Source: Candidatus Enterousia scatequi
Lineage (GTDB): Bacteria; Pseudomonadota; Alphaproteobacteria; Rs-D84
Assembly: GCA_018064405.1 (NCBI GenBank)
Contig: JAGHVG010000001.1
Span: 1-52,905, forward strand
Reading direction: 5' to 3'
DNA: 52,905 nt
In this document: positions 15,882 to 24,856 of the stretch, piece by piece
How positions within the stretch are numbered: position 1 is the stretch's first letter
Layout of the letters: each line of letters begins with the position of its first letter
Program-made: the position numbers and the translations under genes
The notes under the pieces: model-generated
Database searches by the model: none
What the model was told of the DNA's origin: nothing
The model's input: only the letters and a program-made list of their open reading frames with translations

Positions 15882-17156
15882 ATGCAATATAGCCCAGTGT
15901 TACACAAGTTGTCTAATGGTGTGACTGTAATTTTAGATCCAATGGATATTGAAACTACAACCGTAAAGGTCTGTTTTAAAACAGGTTCACGTGATGAGGC
16001 ACCAAATGAATATGGTTTAACACATTTTTGCGAACATATGTTATGCAAAGGAACGCGCAGGTTCCCATCTAAAATATCTATTGATGATTTTATGGAAAAA
16101 AACGGTGGTATTAGGAATGCCGGAACAGGATCGTCTGTGCTGGTGTTTCGTGGTAAAATTTTACCAGAAAATATTCATGCTATGATAGAATTGTTCGCAG
16201 AACAAATTCAGGCGTCTTTATTTTTGCCACAAAAAATAGAAACAGAACGCAGTGTTATAATTGATGAACTGCGTCGTGCGATGGACGACCCCGAAGAACA
16301 ACTGGGATATTTTATTTCTAATACTTTGTTTGGTGGAACAACTCCGTCCTATAAAACACTTGGCACCGTTGAAAATATTATGTCTTTTACGCGTGATCAA
16401 ATGTTGGATTGGGTGGGCAGTCGTTTGTCTGCAAAAAATTGTATAATCGGCATATCTGGTAAAATACTGGATAGTGATGATTTGCTGGCATGTATAGAGA
16501 AAAATTTTTCATCCCTACCAACGTTTGATGTGCCAGAAAATTCTAAAATTGTTTATACGCCAACGGTTGCACATAATTTACGTTCGTATAAGGAAAATGT
16601 GAAATTACGTATATATTTTCCAGATTTGTATGATCAAAGTTTGGATAAAGTGTTTGAACAAAAGTGTGTAAATAAGTTTGAAACATTTTTGATTAAAAAA
16701 TTGTTTCGTATGCTGCGTTATGAAAATGGTCTGGTGTATGATTTTGGTGGAACTAATATAGGTAACGAAAAAAAAGGATGGAGTGGTTTCGCCACAGAAA
16801 CATCCAAGGAACATATTAAACGTGCGGTTTCGTTAATCGCTAAGGGTTGTTATAAATTCTATAATAATCCACGCTTGACGGATAACGATTTGTTACGTAT
16901 GCGTGCCGAAAAACGTTTGTTTAATGCAGATTGGTTGGAATCGGCAAATGCGCGTAGCAGAACGCTGATTAGTTTTTATATAGATTTTGGTAAAATATAT
17001 GATCATTACGAATTTGTAAAAATAGGGCGCACGATTACCGCCCAGGATATCATTGATAAATCGCGTGGATATTTTGATGGACCTATGTCAATCATTACCC
17101 AGGGCGATAGTTTTGATGCTGATTTAAAGGCCGTTTGGGTTGAGAATTTTAAGTAA
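15882..17156 (+). CDS. M16-family (pitrilysin-like) zinc peptidase
   Basis: Inverted zinc motif HFCEHM (HxxEH) near the N-terminus, followed by two M16-like halves. I prefer the ATG at 15882 over the TTG at 15834. Confidence 0.8.
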   Translation: MQYSPVLHKLSNGVTVILDPMDIETTTVKVCFKTGSRDEAPNEYGLTHFCEHMLCKGTRRFPSKISIDDFMEKNGGIRNAGTGSSVLVFRGKILPENIHAMIELFAEQIQASLFLPQKIETERSVIIDELRRAMDDPEEQLGYFISNTLFGGTTPSYKTLGTVENIMSFTRDQMLDWVGSRLSAKNCIIGISGKILDSDDLLACIEKNFSSLPTFDVPENSKIVYTPTVAHNLRSYKENVKLRIYFPDLYDQSLDKVFEQKCVNKFETFLIKKLFRMLRYENGLVYDFGGTNIGNEKKGWSGFATETSKEHIKRAVSLIAKGCYKFYNNPRLTDNDLLRMRAEKRLFNADWLESANARSRTLISFYIDFGKIYDHYEFVKIGRTITAQDIIDKSRGYFDGPMSIITQGDSFDADLKAVWVENFK

Positions 17157-17225
17157 GAAATGCATCCTATGGTAATGTTTTGATTTTCGGTATATTATTT
17201 GTTTCGTGGGGGGAAAAGAAAAGCC

Positions 17226-17792
17226 ATGAAACGAAAAATTATACCAATTTTAATTTCATCGACTTGCTTAACATCGGCGGTGGTAATGGCTGTACCTGCA
17301 AAGACATCAGATTCACAACATCAAATTTTAGTTGTGTATTATTCTTTGACTGGAAATACGGCAGAGGTTGCAGATGCAATTGTTGCCCATACGGGCGCGG
17401 ATGTATTTGAAATCAAAACTGCCACCGAATACCCCACAGATTCATCTTTGCGCAGGGCGGTTATTCAGGGTGAAATAGATTCGGGAACATTGCCAATAAT
17501 TAATAATAGCCCTAAGGATTTATCCAAGTATGATGTTATATTTATTGGGTCTCCAATTTGGGCAAATCATTTGTCTTTGCCGGTTCAAGCATTTTTAACA
17601 AATAATAATTTGTCTGGGAAACATGTGTATCCGTTTATATCACATGCGGGCGGTGGTAAGGGCGAAAGTTTTAAAGATGTCGCTAAATATTGTACTGGGT
17701 GTGTTGTGGATATGGATGGTTGGACCAGTTGGGGTGGCGGAAAGCAACGTGGTATCGATCGTTGGATAGATAAAAAACTTAATGCAGAATAA
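17226..17792 (+). CDS. Exported flavodoxin-like protein (Flavodoxin_4-type)
   Basis: Signal peptide MKRKIIPILISSTCLTSAVVMAVPA, then ILVVYYSLTGNTAEVADAI and FIGSPIWANH, which are flavodoxin-fold FMN-site patterns. GGGGGGA SD before the ATG at 17226. Confidence 0.7.
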   Translation: MKRKIIPILISSTCLTSAVVMAVPAKTSDSQHQILVVYYSLTGNTAEVADAIVAHTGADVFEIKTATEYPTDSSLRRAVIQGEIDSGTLPIINNSPKDLSKYDVIFIGSPIWANHLSLPVQAFLTNNNLSGKHVYPFISHAGGGKGESFKDVAKYCTGCVVDMDGWTSWGGGKQRGIDRWIDKKLNAE

Positions 17793-17846
17793 ATTTTGTT
17801 GTTGGTTAATAAAAATTTCAATGTTTTTTATTTTTATTTTAATAAT

Positions 17847-17870
17847 AAAACGCACCATTAGGTGCGTTTT
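17847..17870. terminator. Bidirectional intrinsic terminator
   Basis: AAAACGCACC-ATTA-GGTGCGTTTT between convergent genes. Confidence 0.65.
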
Positions 17871-17886
17871 ATTCATATGCTTGGGT

Positions 17887-18399
17887 TTAATACAATTTTC
17901 CCCATGCAGCTTTATATCCGCCATCACGTTCAAGAACAATTTTTGAATTCTTTAATTGTGTTGCTGTTAAGCCGCGAATAATATACGATTCTTCCAATTT
18001 GTTAGCATGTGAATTTGTCAAAGTTGGCAAATCAATATTCATACTGGTTGAATCGCATGACCATTTTGAATCTTCTTGGACCTGGCATGGATATATTTTT
18101 ACGTTATATGTTTTGTTTAGGCGTAAATCATCCAAGCTGACCAACATTTTAAGTCCAGAATCTGTTTCATAGAATTTTATGTATCCCATTTTGGATTCGC
18201 CACCTTGTGAATTGCGTGTATACATTTTTGCAGTTACTTTGTTCACGTCAGCATCTTCATAGGTTTGATAGAATACAACTGGATCTGTTTTTTTATGTTG
18301 TTTTGAATGTTTGGCTGCAGGGCAGGTACATGCAGATAGCGTAACAATGGCACCTAATACTGATGCACATACAACGGCTTTTGATGTTAATAGTTTCAT
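17887..18399 (-). CDS. Lipoprotein with degenerate Cu/Zn-superoxide-dismutase-like domain (metal ligands apparently missing)
   Basis: Lipobox TLSAC. MGYIKFYETDSGLKMLVSLDDLRLNKTYNVKIYPC aligns by eye to SodC IGSVTITETDKGLEF...GEHGFHIHAKGSC, but the His ligands are replaced. Confidence 0.45.
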   Translation of the reverse strand: MKLLTSKAVVCASVLGAIVTLSACTCPAAKHSKQHKKTDPVVFYQTYEDADVNKVTAKMYTRNSQGGESKMGYIKFYETDSGLKMLVSLDDLRLNKTYNVKIYPCQVQEDSKWSCDSTSMNIDLPTLTNSHANKLEESYIIRGLTATQLKNSKIVLERDGGYKAAWGKLY

Positions 18400-18470
18400 G
18401 TTTTTTCTCCTTTGTTGGTTTAAAACCGATATATATTATATAACCGATTTGTGCAAATATCGTCAGGTTT

Positions 18471-18496
18471 GAATTCCTGTGAAATACTAGGAATTC
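18471..18496. promoter_or_regulatory. Perfect 8-bp inverted repeat GAATTCCT-N10-AGGAATTC in a divergent promoter region
   Basis: Lies between the SOD-like lipoprotein gene (-) and the Dps-like gene (+). Candidate operator. Confidence 0.3.
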
Positions 18497-18563
18497 ATGC
18501 GCATAGCGCGTTTTCACGTTTCGTGATATTCTAATTTATTGTACATAACGAAAGGAGGTTTGT

Positions 18564-18920
18564 ATGTATGAATTAATGCAACGTTTAATCGCATTTAAAT
18601 ATGCATGTAAAATACATCATTGGTCAACAGACAACTATTCAATGCATTTGTTATTTGATAGATTAACAGAGCATGTTGATGATTGGACAGATAGTATCGC
18701 TGAATGTTATTTTATGGCAAATGGACATAAAGATGTTTTTAAGGCGAACATTTTAAATCCCAAATATATATCGGATGATTTAATCAAAACATGTACTGAT
18801 GTTATTTCTTTTATAGAAAACGCCATAGAAAATGAAGAATTAAATGAAGGTATGGTTTCTTTGTTAACAGATATAGAAGCTGGATTATTAAATAAATTAG
18901 CATTGGTTAAATTAAACTGA
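18564..18920 (+). CDS. Compact Dps/ferritin-like four-helix-bundle protein (118 aa)
   Basis: KIHHWSTDNYSMHLLFDRLTEHVDDWTDSIAECY retains the H...H...D...E ferroxidase-ligand spacing of Dps. AAAGGAGG SD. Confidence 0.55.
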   Translation: MYELMQRLIAFKYACKIHHWSTDNYSMHLLFDRLTEHVDDWTDSIAECYFMANGHKDVFKANILNPKYISDDLIKTCTDVISFIENAIENEELNEGMVSLLTDIEAGLLNKLALVKLN

Positions 18921-18922
18921 TA

Positions 18923-18948
18923 AAAAAACCGCATTTAAGCGGTTTTTT
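18923..18948 (+). terminator. Intrinsic terminator after the Dps-like gene
   Basis: AAAAAACCGC-ATTTAA-GCGGTTTTTT. Confidence 0.65.
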
Positions 18949-18960
18949 GTTTTAGTGTTA

Positions 18961-18994
18961 TAATAAAAATCGTCTGAAGTATTTTTCAGACGAT
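18961..18994 (-). terminator. Intrinsic terminator after the OMP gene
   Basis: ATCGTCTGAA / TTCAGACGAT 10-bp stem. The T-run lies on the minus strand (TAATAAAA on plus). Confidence 0.6.
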
Positions 18995-19014
18995 TTGGTT
19001 CTTGGGTGTGTTTG

Positions 19015-19623
19015 TTAGAATTTGAATCTAATACCAATATCACCACCAAAATTATGCAATCCTGATGCAATATCAACATAGTTATAGCGTCCTGCAATAT
19101 CGACTGCAAAACGATTCATGTCAAATGTTACACCAACTGTTCCCATACCAGAGAATTTTGTTTTGCTTAAAGAAGATGCAGGGCCACTTGCGTCAACATC
19201 TACGAATGCAATACCTAACCCAATACCCACAAATGGACGAATAACATCCCAATCGCCAAATTCCATATAGTTGTTCATCAACAGTGTTTGTAATTTTGTT
19301 GATAATTCAATACCTTGGATGTCGCCAAAATCTTTGGTGTCTTTTGCTTTGGTAAAGATAGAATATTCAATTTCGCTGCGCCATGTTTTGCAAACCTCTA
19401 AACCTAATGCTGCATGACCTTGCCATACCATGTCACCGGCTGTTTCCTTGGCATCATTAAATCTGTAGTTCAGATTGGTGTAGCTTAATCCACCATGAAC
19501 GCCGATATATGTGTTTAATCCCCACAGTTGCCATGTGCTTTCGGTTGGGTATTCTGAATATGCACCTGCAAATGCTGGGCAGGCAATTAATAATGCCAAT
19601 GTTGATATTGCTAGTTTTTTCAT
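19015..19623 (-). CDS. Small outer-membrane beta-barrel protein (OmpA-like TM / Opa-porin family)
   Basis: Signal peptide ending AFA, alternating amphipathic beta strands, and a terminal ...IGIRFKF with C-terminal Phe. Confidence 0.75.
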   Translation of the reverse strand: MKKLAISTLALLIACPAFAGAYSEYPTESTWQLWGLNTYIGVHGGLSYTNLNYRFNDAKETAGDMVWQGHAALGLEVCKTWRSEIEYSIFTKAKDTKDFGDIQGIELSTKLQTLLMNNYMEFGDWDVIRPFVGIGLGIAFVDVDASGPASSLSKTKFSGMGTVGVTFDMNRFAVDIAGRYNYVDIASGLHNFGGDIGIRFKF

Positions 19624-19771
19624 TTGTTTTCTCCTTTGATGTAAAGTTTTTGTGTTTAACTTTTCATGTCAACAATTAGATTTTAACAAACAAATATTTA
19701 TTTTGATACAGGTATGGATACCTAATTTAATGCTTTAAGAAAAAAATCTTATGTGCTATGGTATCTTCGTG

Positions 19772-21313
19772 ATGAGAAAAATATATACGCTTTTGTTTGG
19801 AATAACAATATCTGCTAATGCAATGGCAGAGGTGTTAACAGGTTGTTTGCCTGGCCAGCAGTGTAATTTGGTAGAAGGTGTCTTGTATACAAATACAGGG
19901 GTTATTGATACCGGTGGACAGTTTAATGTTATTAGTGGCAAATCGGTTCAGGTGCAAAACAGTGGAACAATAAAAAATGTTTTTTATATACAAGATGTTG
20001 CGTTTTTGACACAAGTTATAAAATCAAATAATGATGTAACGGTGTTGCCTGTATCAGTAATAGACAATGGTAGGTTCGATTTGTTGATTGATGGTAATAA
20101 TAATGTTACCAATCCGATATCTTTGGCAAGAATTGTTGCTGTTTCAGACAAGGCAGATACAATACAAATTAACAACATGACGTATTTATCACTTGATTCA
20201 GGGTTTAATTCTGGGGGGTTGAAAGGTAAAACAATAAATGTAGCAAATGGGGATTTAGTATGGATAGATATCGCAGATGATTTTAATAATTTTGATTCGC
20301 CTATATTTTATAATAATACTTTTAATATTAATAATATGCCTAAGGTTATTTCGTCTGATACCTTAGCGTCATTGTTTTATTTTTCTGCTTCGGAGCACGA
20401 TGGTGCGTTATACATTAGTCGTCAAAGAGCCACCAACTATACAAATATATTGAATAACAAGATGGGTGCTTTTTTGGACGATATACGGCGCGATAATCCA
20501 AATGATGCTTTGTTGCGCAGGTTGGATTCTGCAGTAAGTTTAGGCGAAATTGATGATATTATTAAATCTGCAGCCAGGTTGAATCCAATTAATCTGATGG
20601 ATTCTGTTCATGCAATTAATATGTTCAATATAAATGACTTGCAGCACTTGGGTGCAGGATTCAGATTTATGTTGAAACCAGTGTTTGTATTTGGGTCGGG
20701 TTTTCAATCTGTGGGTGGTAAAATGTCTGTGTCATCGGATGTTTCAGATAAATTGTATATAGCGTTATCTGGGTATGGATATAAATCATTCTATGATAAA
20801 GATGCAGATAATTATGATGTGATGACATTCGGTGGTGATTTACGGCTGGATTATGTCGGTGATAATATCTTTGTCCATGGGATGGCGGGTGCAAATATAA
20901 ATAATTTTAGTGTTGAATCTGTGTTTGATGGTGATGGGTCAACAGATAATCCGTCGGGGCATAGTTTTTATGCATATGCTGATGGTGGATATAAATTCGT
21001 TTTATCTGATGATATTAGTTTGCGTATGTTTGGTGGTGTGGGTATGGATACGCTATCTATATTGAATGATAAAAAGAATAATTTGTTTGGTCGCGCAGGG
21101 TCTGATATATCATATGATATTAAAACGGGTGATGTTGTGTATGAATATGATGGACGTATATCGATAAATACATTTGGATATTTAGATGCTGCGCTTGGTG
21201 CCAATGTCTGGTTAAATTCTGATGATGCTGGTGGTGGTATATCCGTCAGTGTGTCGGATAGTGATTTGGGATGGATTGGTAAAGTTTCCGCTAATGTTAG
21301 ATTGCTATTTTAA
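19772..21313 (+). CDS. Autotransporter-like outer-membrane protein (passenger + C-terminal beta-barrel)
   Basis: Signal peptide MRKIYTLLFGITISANAMA, an Asn/Gly/Ile-rich passenger, and a C-terminal beta-strand region ending ...VSANVRLLF. Confidence 0.65.
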   Translation: MRKIYTLLFGITISANAMAEVLTGCLPGQQCNLVEGVLYTNTGVIDTGGQFNVISGKSVQVQNSGTIKNVFYIQDVAFLTQVIKSNNDVTVLPVSVIDNGRFDLLIDGNNNVTNPISLARIVAVSDKADTIQINNMTYLSLDSGFNSGGLKGKTINVANGDLVWIDIADDFNNFDSPIFYNNTFNINNMPKVISSDTLASLFYFSASEHDGALYISRQRATNYTNILNNKMGAFLDDIRRDNPNDALLRRLDSAVSLGEIDDIIKSAARLNPINLMDSVHAINMFNINDLQHLGAGFRFMLKPVFVFGSGFQSVGGKMSVSSDVSDKLYIALSGYGYKSFYDKDADNYDVMTFGGDLRLDYVGDNIFVHGMAGANINNFSVESVFDGDGSTDNPSGHSFYAYADGGYKFVLSDDISLRMFGGVGMDTLSILNDKKNNLFGRAGSDISYDIKTGDVVYEYDGRISINTFGYLDAALGANVWLNSDDAGGGISVSVSDSDLGWIGKVSANVRLLF

Positions 21314-22623
21314 TCGGCAATTTTTCCATGCAGACACGATTTGTTTGCACTTGTTATTTTTATGTTTGCCATTGTTTGTGCATTGTCTGATTTTTCAACG
21401 ATACATTGTTGCATATATGGTGTGCGGTAAATAAGATGATTGCCCGTTTTATCAGAACCTTCTAATAAACATGACAGGGTTTTATCAATACACGACAGAT
21501 TAAATGCGCGTTGGATTTCATTTAATGCAGAATCTAATTTTATTAACCGTTCACTTTTTATATTTTCTGGAATTTGATCTGGCATAATGGCCGCGGCGGT
21601 ATGTGGGCGTGGTGAATATTTAAAACAATATGAATTTATATATCCAACATGTTTAGCGATGTGGAGTGTTTGTTCAAAATCAGAATCTGTTTCGCCAGGG
21701 AAACCAACAATAAAGTCACTGGATATTTGTATGTCTGGGCGCGCAATGCGCAATTTATTAACAATGTTTAAATATTGGTCTAAATCATATGGACGATTCA
21801 TACGCTTTAAAACGTCGGGTGAACCGCTTTGAATTGGCATATTCAGAAACGGCAATAATTTTGCCTCTGACTTAAACATATCAATCAGGTCATCTGTCAT
21901 TTCGGTTGGATAACTGGATGTAAAACGTATACGCATGATTTCTGGGATTTTTGCGACTTCGCGTATTAAATCAGATAAACGATAAGTTTTACCGTTTTCG
22001 TCTGTATATTTATATCCGTTTACATTTTGCCCCAGGAAACAAATTTCAACCGCACCGGTTTTCGCGGCATGAATTGTGTCCTGAATAATGTTGTTAAAAC
22101 TGCGTGATAATTCGCGACCACGTGTGTACGGAACAATGCAATACGTGCAACAGTGATTACAACCTTCTTGGATTGGAATGTATGATATCAGGGGTGATTT
22201 TTCCATCTGGGGCAGGGTATCAAATTTTTCAAGCCCACCCAGGTCGATATTAAATAAACGCGTTTCTGGGTCGGTCAGAATTTGTGGTAATTTATGATAA
22301 CTTTGTGGGCCCAAAACAAAATTTAAGTCGGGTATTCGTTTAAACGCATCAGCCCCAGATTCACGCGCAACACATCCAACAATGCCAAACAGAGCAGATG
22401 TTTTTTTTGCTTTACGAATCCGCCCCAGTGCAGAATAAACCTTGTTCGTTGCCTTTTCGCGCACAGCACATGTGTTAAGAATAATGATATCGGCATCAGA
22501 AATTTTATCGGTTTGGGTCAGACCATAATGCGTCATCGCGGCGGCAATTCGCCATCCGTCATACACGTTCATTTGGCAACCAAAAGTTTGAATAAAAAAT
22601 TTCTGTGGCTTCGTCATAATCAT
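21310..22623 (-). CDS. miaB: tRNA-2-methylthio-N6-dimethylallyladenosine synthase MiaB
   Basis: UPF0004 N-domain (FIQTFGCQMNVYD), radical-SAM CNHCCTYC motif and a TRAM C-terminus; 437 aa. Confidence 0.93.
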   Translation of the reverse strand: MIMTKPQKFFIQTFGCQMNVYDGWRIAAAMTHYGLTQTDKISDADIIILNTCAVREKATNKVYSALGRIRKAKKTSALFGIVGCVARESGADAFKRIPDLNFVLGPQSYHKLPQILTDPETRLFNIDLGGLEKFDTLPQMEKSPLISYIPIQEGCNHCCTYCIVPYTRGRELSRSFNNIIQDTIHAAKTGAVEICFLGQNVNGYKYTDENGKTYRLSDLIREVAKIPEIMRIRFTSSYPTEMTDDLIDMFKSEAKLLPFLNMPIQSGSPDVLKRMNRPYDLDQYLNIVNKLRIARPDIQISSDFIVGFPGETDSDFEQTLHIAKHVGYINSYCFKYSPRPHTAAAIMPDQIPENIKSERLIKLDSALNEIQRAFNLSCIDKTLSCLLEGSDKTGNHLIYRTPYMQQCIVEKSDNAQTMANIKITSANKSCLHGKIAD

Positions 22624-22976
22624 CTGTGTCTTGATTTAAATGCTTTCATACGAACATTTTGCAGACGGTTGTAATGCTTTTGTTGTGCATAGGAAAAACT
22701 TTTTTGCTCTTGTTTTTGTTCCCGCTTAATCTCAGCGGATATCAAGGCGATATGTTTTGCCAATTCGTCCATTTTGGATAGTGCAATTTCTTGAAGTCTT
22801 GGTAGCTGATTTTGGATGGATACTTCTGTGTCATATTCATCATGTAAAATCTGGGTCACAGATTCTATTGTTGGATGTTCTATATCACGACCAAAAGCGT
22901 GTAATGCTTTAAGCAGTACACGCAAGTGTTCGTTTGGACCTATGTTGTGACCAATAATAATTATTTTATTTGGCAT
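22620..22976 (-). CDS. Hypothetical protein (118 aa), basic coiled-coil C-terminus
   Basis: ORF overlaps the miaB start by 4 nt and begins 3 nt after the 57-aa ORF. I recognise no motif. Confidence 0.55.
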   Translation of the reverse strand: MPNKIIIIGHNIGPNEHLRVLLKALHAFGRDIEHPTIESVTQILHDEYDTEVSIQNQLPRLQEIALSKMDELAKHIALISAEIKREQKQEQKSFSYAQQKHYNRLQNVRMKAFKSRHR

Positions 22977-22979
22977 ATC

Positions 22980-23153
22980 TTATTTATTATGACCGTTATT
23001 TGCACGTTGCTTTTTTACGATTGCTTCACGTGTTTTTGCCAGTGTGTTTAATGCTTGTTGTTGTGCAGCCATTGGTGTTACGATATCTGGAACATCAATA
23101 GTTGTTGTGCGTGCACCTAAAACTGGGTCGTATATCAAAGTTGTGTGTTTCAT
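22980..23153 (-). CDS. Hypothetical small protein (57 aa), not in ORF track
   Basis: Hand-translated as MKHTTLIYDPVLGARTTTIDVPDIVTPMAAQQQALNTLAKTREAIVKKQRANNGHNK. AAGGA SD lies just downstream of the gatB stop. Confidence 0.45.
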   Translation of the reverse strand: MKHTTLIYDPVLGARTTTIDVPDIVTPMAAQQQALNTLAKTREAIVKKQRANNGHNK

Positions 23154-23163
23154 TTTTTATCCT

Positions 23164-24687
23164 TTATGCTAATTTTTTTCTGATTATTTCGTTTACAATG
23201 GCTGGGTTTGCCTTACCACCAGTCGCCTTCATTACGTTGCCTACAAAAAAGCCAAGTAATCCAACCTTGCCAGATTTGTATTGTTCAACCTGGGACGCAT
23301 TTGCGGCAATGACGGCATCAACCGCTGATTCAATGGCAGATGTATCGGTAATTTGTTTCATCCCGAATTTGTCGGCAATGTCCTGTGGTGTGCCAGATTC
23401 ACCATCAAGCATTTTTATAAATATTTCCTTGGCCTGTTTTCCGTTAATTTGATTTTCAGAAATCATATCAACCAACATTGCCAAATCAGATGGTGTAATA
23501 ATACGTGGCGCGCCATCATCGGAAACTGTTTTTTCATTTGTCACATCCCAATTTTCAGGATGGGCAAATAATTCACTTATCATCCAGTTCGCGATTGGTT
23601 TTGCGCGTTGCTTGTTATCGCCAACGGCCACGTCAAACCAATGTGAAATATCGGTTGTTTCGGTTAAACGTGCCGCATCATATTCAGCAAGTCCCAAATC
23701 ATTTATATAACGTGCACGTGTCGCAGATGGCAATTCAGGCATCGTTTTACGAATACGCTCAATTGTTTCATCGTCAATATATAATGGTAATAAATCAGGG
23801 TCAGGGAAATAACGATAATCCAATGCATCTTCCTTGGAACGCAGGACGGATGTTGTTCCGTCACCCTGGGAATAACGCATTGTGTCCTGGGATACGGTGC
23901 CACCATTTTCATAGATTTCTATTTGACGACGTGCTTCATATTCAATGGCGTTTTTAATAAATTTAAATGACACCATGTTTTTTGTTTCGGTGCGTGTACG
24001 GAATTTTGTGTCACCAACTGGGCGTACAGATACATTAACGTCGGCACGCATTGAACCTTCTTCCATATTTGCCTTAGAAACACCCAGTGCACGTGCAATT
24101 TCACGGATTTCGCGCAGGTACCGTTCGGCTTCATCGGGGGATGTTATATACGAATTGTTTTCTGGATTTTTTGTGTCCAAGAATGTTACGATTTCCAATA
24201 GTGCAACCCCAGTTCTGTTATAGTCGGCAAATGATTTTGTTGGGTGCATATCGTGTTTTAATTTTCCGGCATCTTGTTCCAGGTGGGCGCGTTCAATAAA
24301 TATCTTTTTTTGTTTTCCATCATCGCCCATAATTTCAATCCAACCACGACCAACCACCGGTGGTTCATTTGCAGGTTGTGATATCTGATACCCCTGGGGC
24401 AGGTCAGGGTAGAAATATTGTTTACGGGCAAACATACTTTTGTGTGAAATTTCTGCATTAATCCCCAGACCGAACTTAATTGCCTGTTCAACACAGTGTT
24501 CATTTAATACGGGTAACATACCCGGCATCGCAACGTCAACCATTGAAACCTGGGTGTTCGGGGCAATCGTTGGGTTATAGTTCGCGGATGCACCGCTGAA
24601 AATCTTAGAGTTTGATAAAACTTCTATATGTGTTTCCAGACCAATAACCAATTCCCAATCACATGTTTTTCCCTTAATCGTATACAT
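23164..24687 (-). CDS. gatB: Asp/Glu-tRNA(Asn/Gln) amidotransferase subunit B
   Basis: WELVIGLETHIEL-type N-terminus, full-length GatB body and a YqeY-like tail; 507 aa. Confidence 0.95.
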   Translation of the reverse strand: MYTIKGKTCDWELVIGLETHIEVLSNSKIFSGASANYNPTIAPNTQVSMVDVAMPGMLPVLNEHCVEQAIKFGLGINAEISHKSMFARKQYFYPDLPQGYQISQPANEPPVVGRGWIEIMGDDGKQKKIFIERAHLEQDAGKLKHDMHPTKSFADYNRTGVALLEIVTFLDTKNPENNSYITSPDEAERYLREIREIARALGVSKANMEEGSMRADVNVSVRPVGDTKFRTRTETKNMVSFKFIKNAIEYEARRQIEIYENGGTVSQDTMRYSQGDGTTSVLRSKEDALDYRYFPDPDLLPLYIDDETIERIRKTMPELPSATRARYINDLGLAEYDAARLTETTDISHWFDVAVGDNKQRAKPIANWMISELFAHPENWDVTNEKTVSDDGAPRIITPSDLAMLVDMISENQINGKQAKEIFIKMLDGESGTPQDIADKFGMKQITDTSAIESAVDAVIAANASQVEQYKSGKVGLLGFFVGNVMKATGGKANPAIVNEIIRKKLA

Positions 24688-24752
24688 TTCTTTGCCCTTT
24701 GTTTTATTTTTCCTTGCTTTTTTATTTTTTATACCTTATTATGCGTCCCGTT

Positions 24753-24828
24753 GGCTAGGTAGCTCAGTTGGTAGAGCAAGGGACTGAAAATCCCTGTGTC
24801 AGTGGTTCGATTCCTCTCCTAGCCACCA
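24753..24828 (+). tRNA. tRNA-Phe (anticodon GAA), CCA encoded
   Basis: Acceptor GGCTAGG/CCTAGCC, anticodon loop CTGAAAA, T arm GGTTCGATTCC; 76 nt. It lies on the strand opposite the flanking gatA and gatB. Confidence 0.95.
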
Positions 24829-24856
24829 TTTTTTTTACCATAACCATTTTACTTTT

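Noticed and set aside
19711-19726. Short palindrome AGGTAT-GG-ATACCT in the OMP/autotransporter divergent region
   Set aside because: 6-bp arms, a single copy, and no link to a regulator. Could easily be chance.
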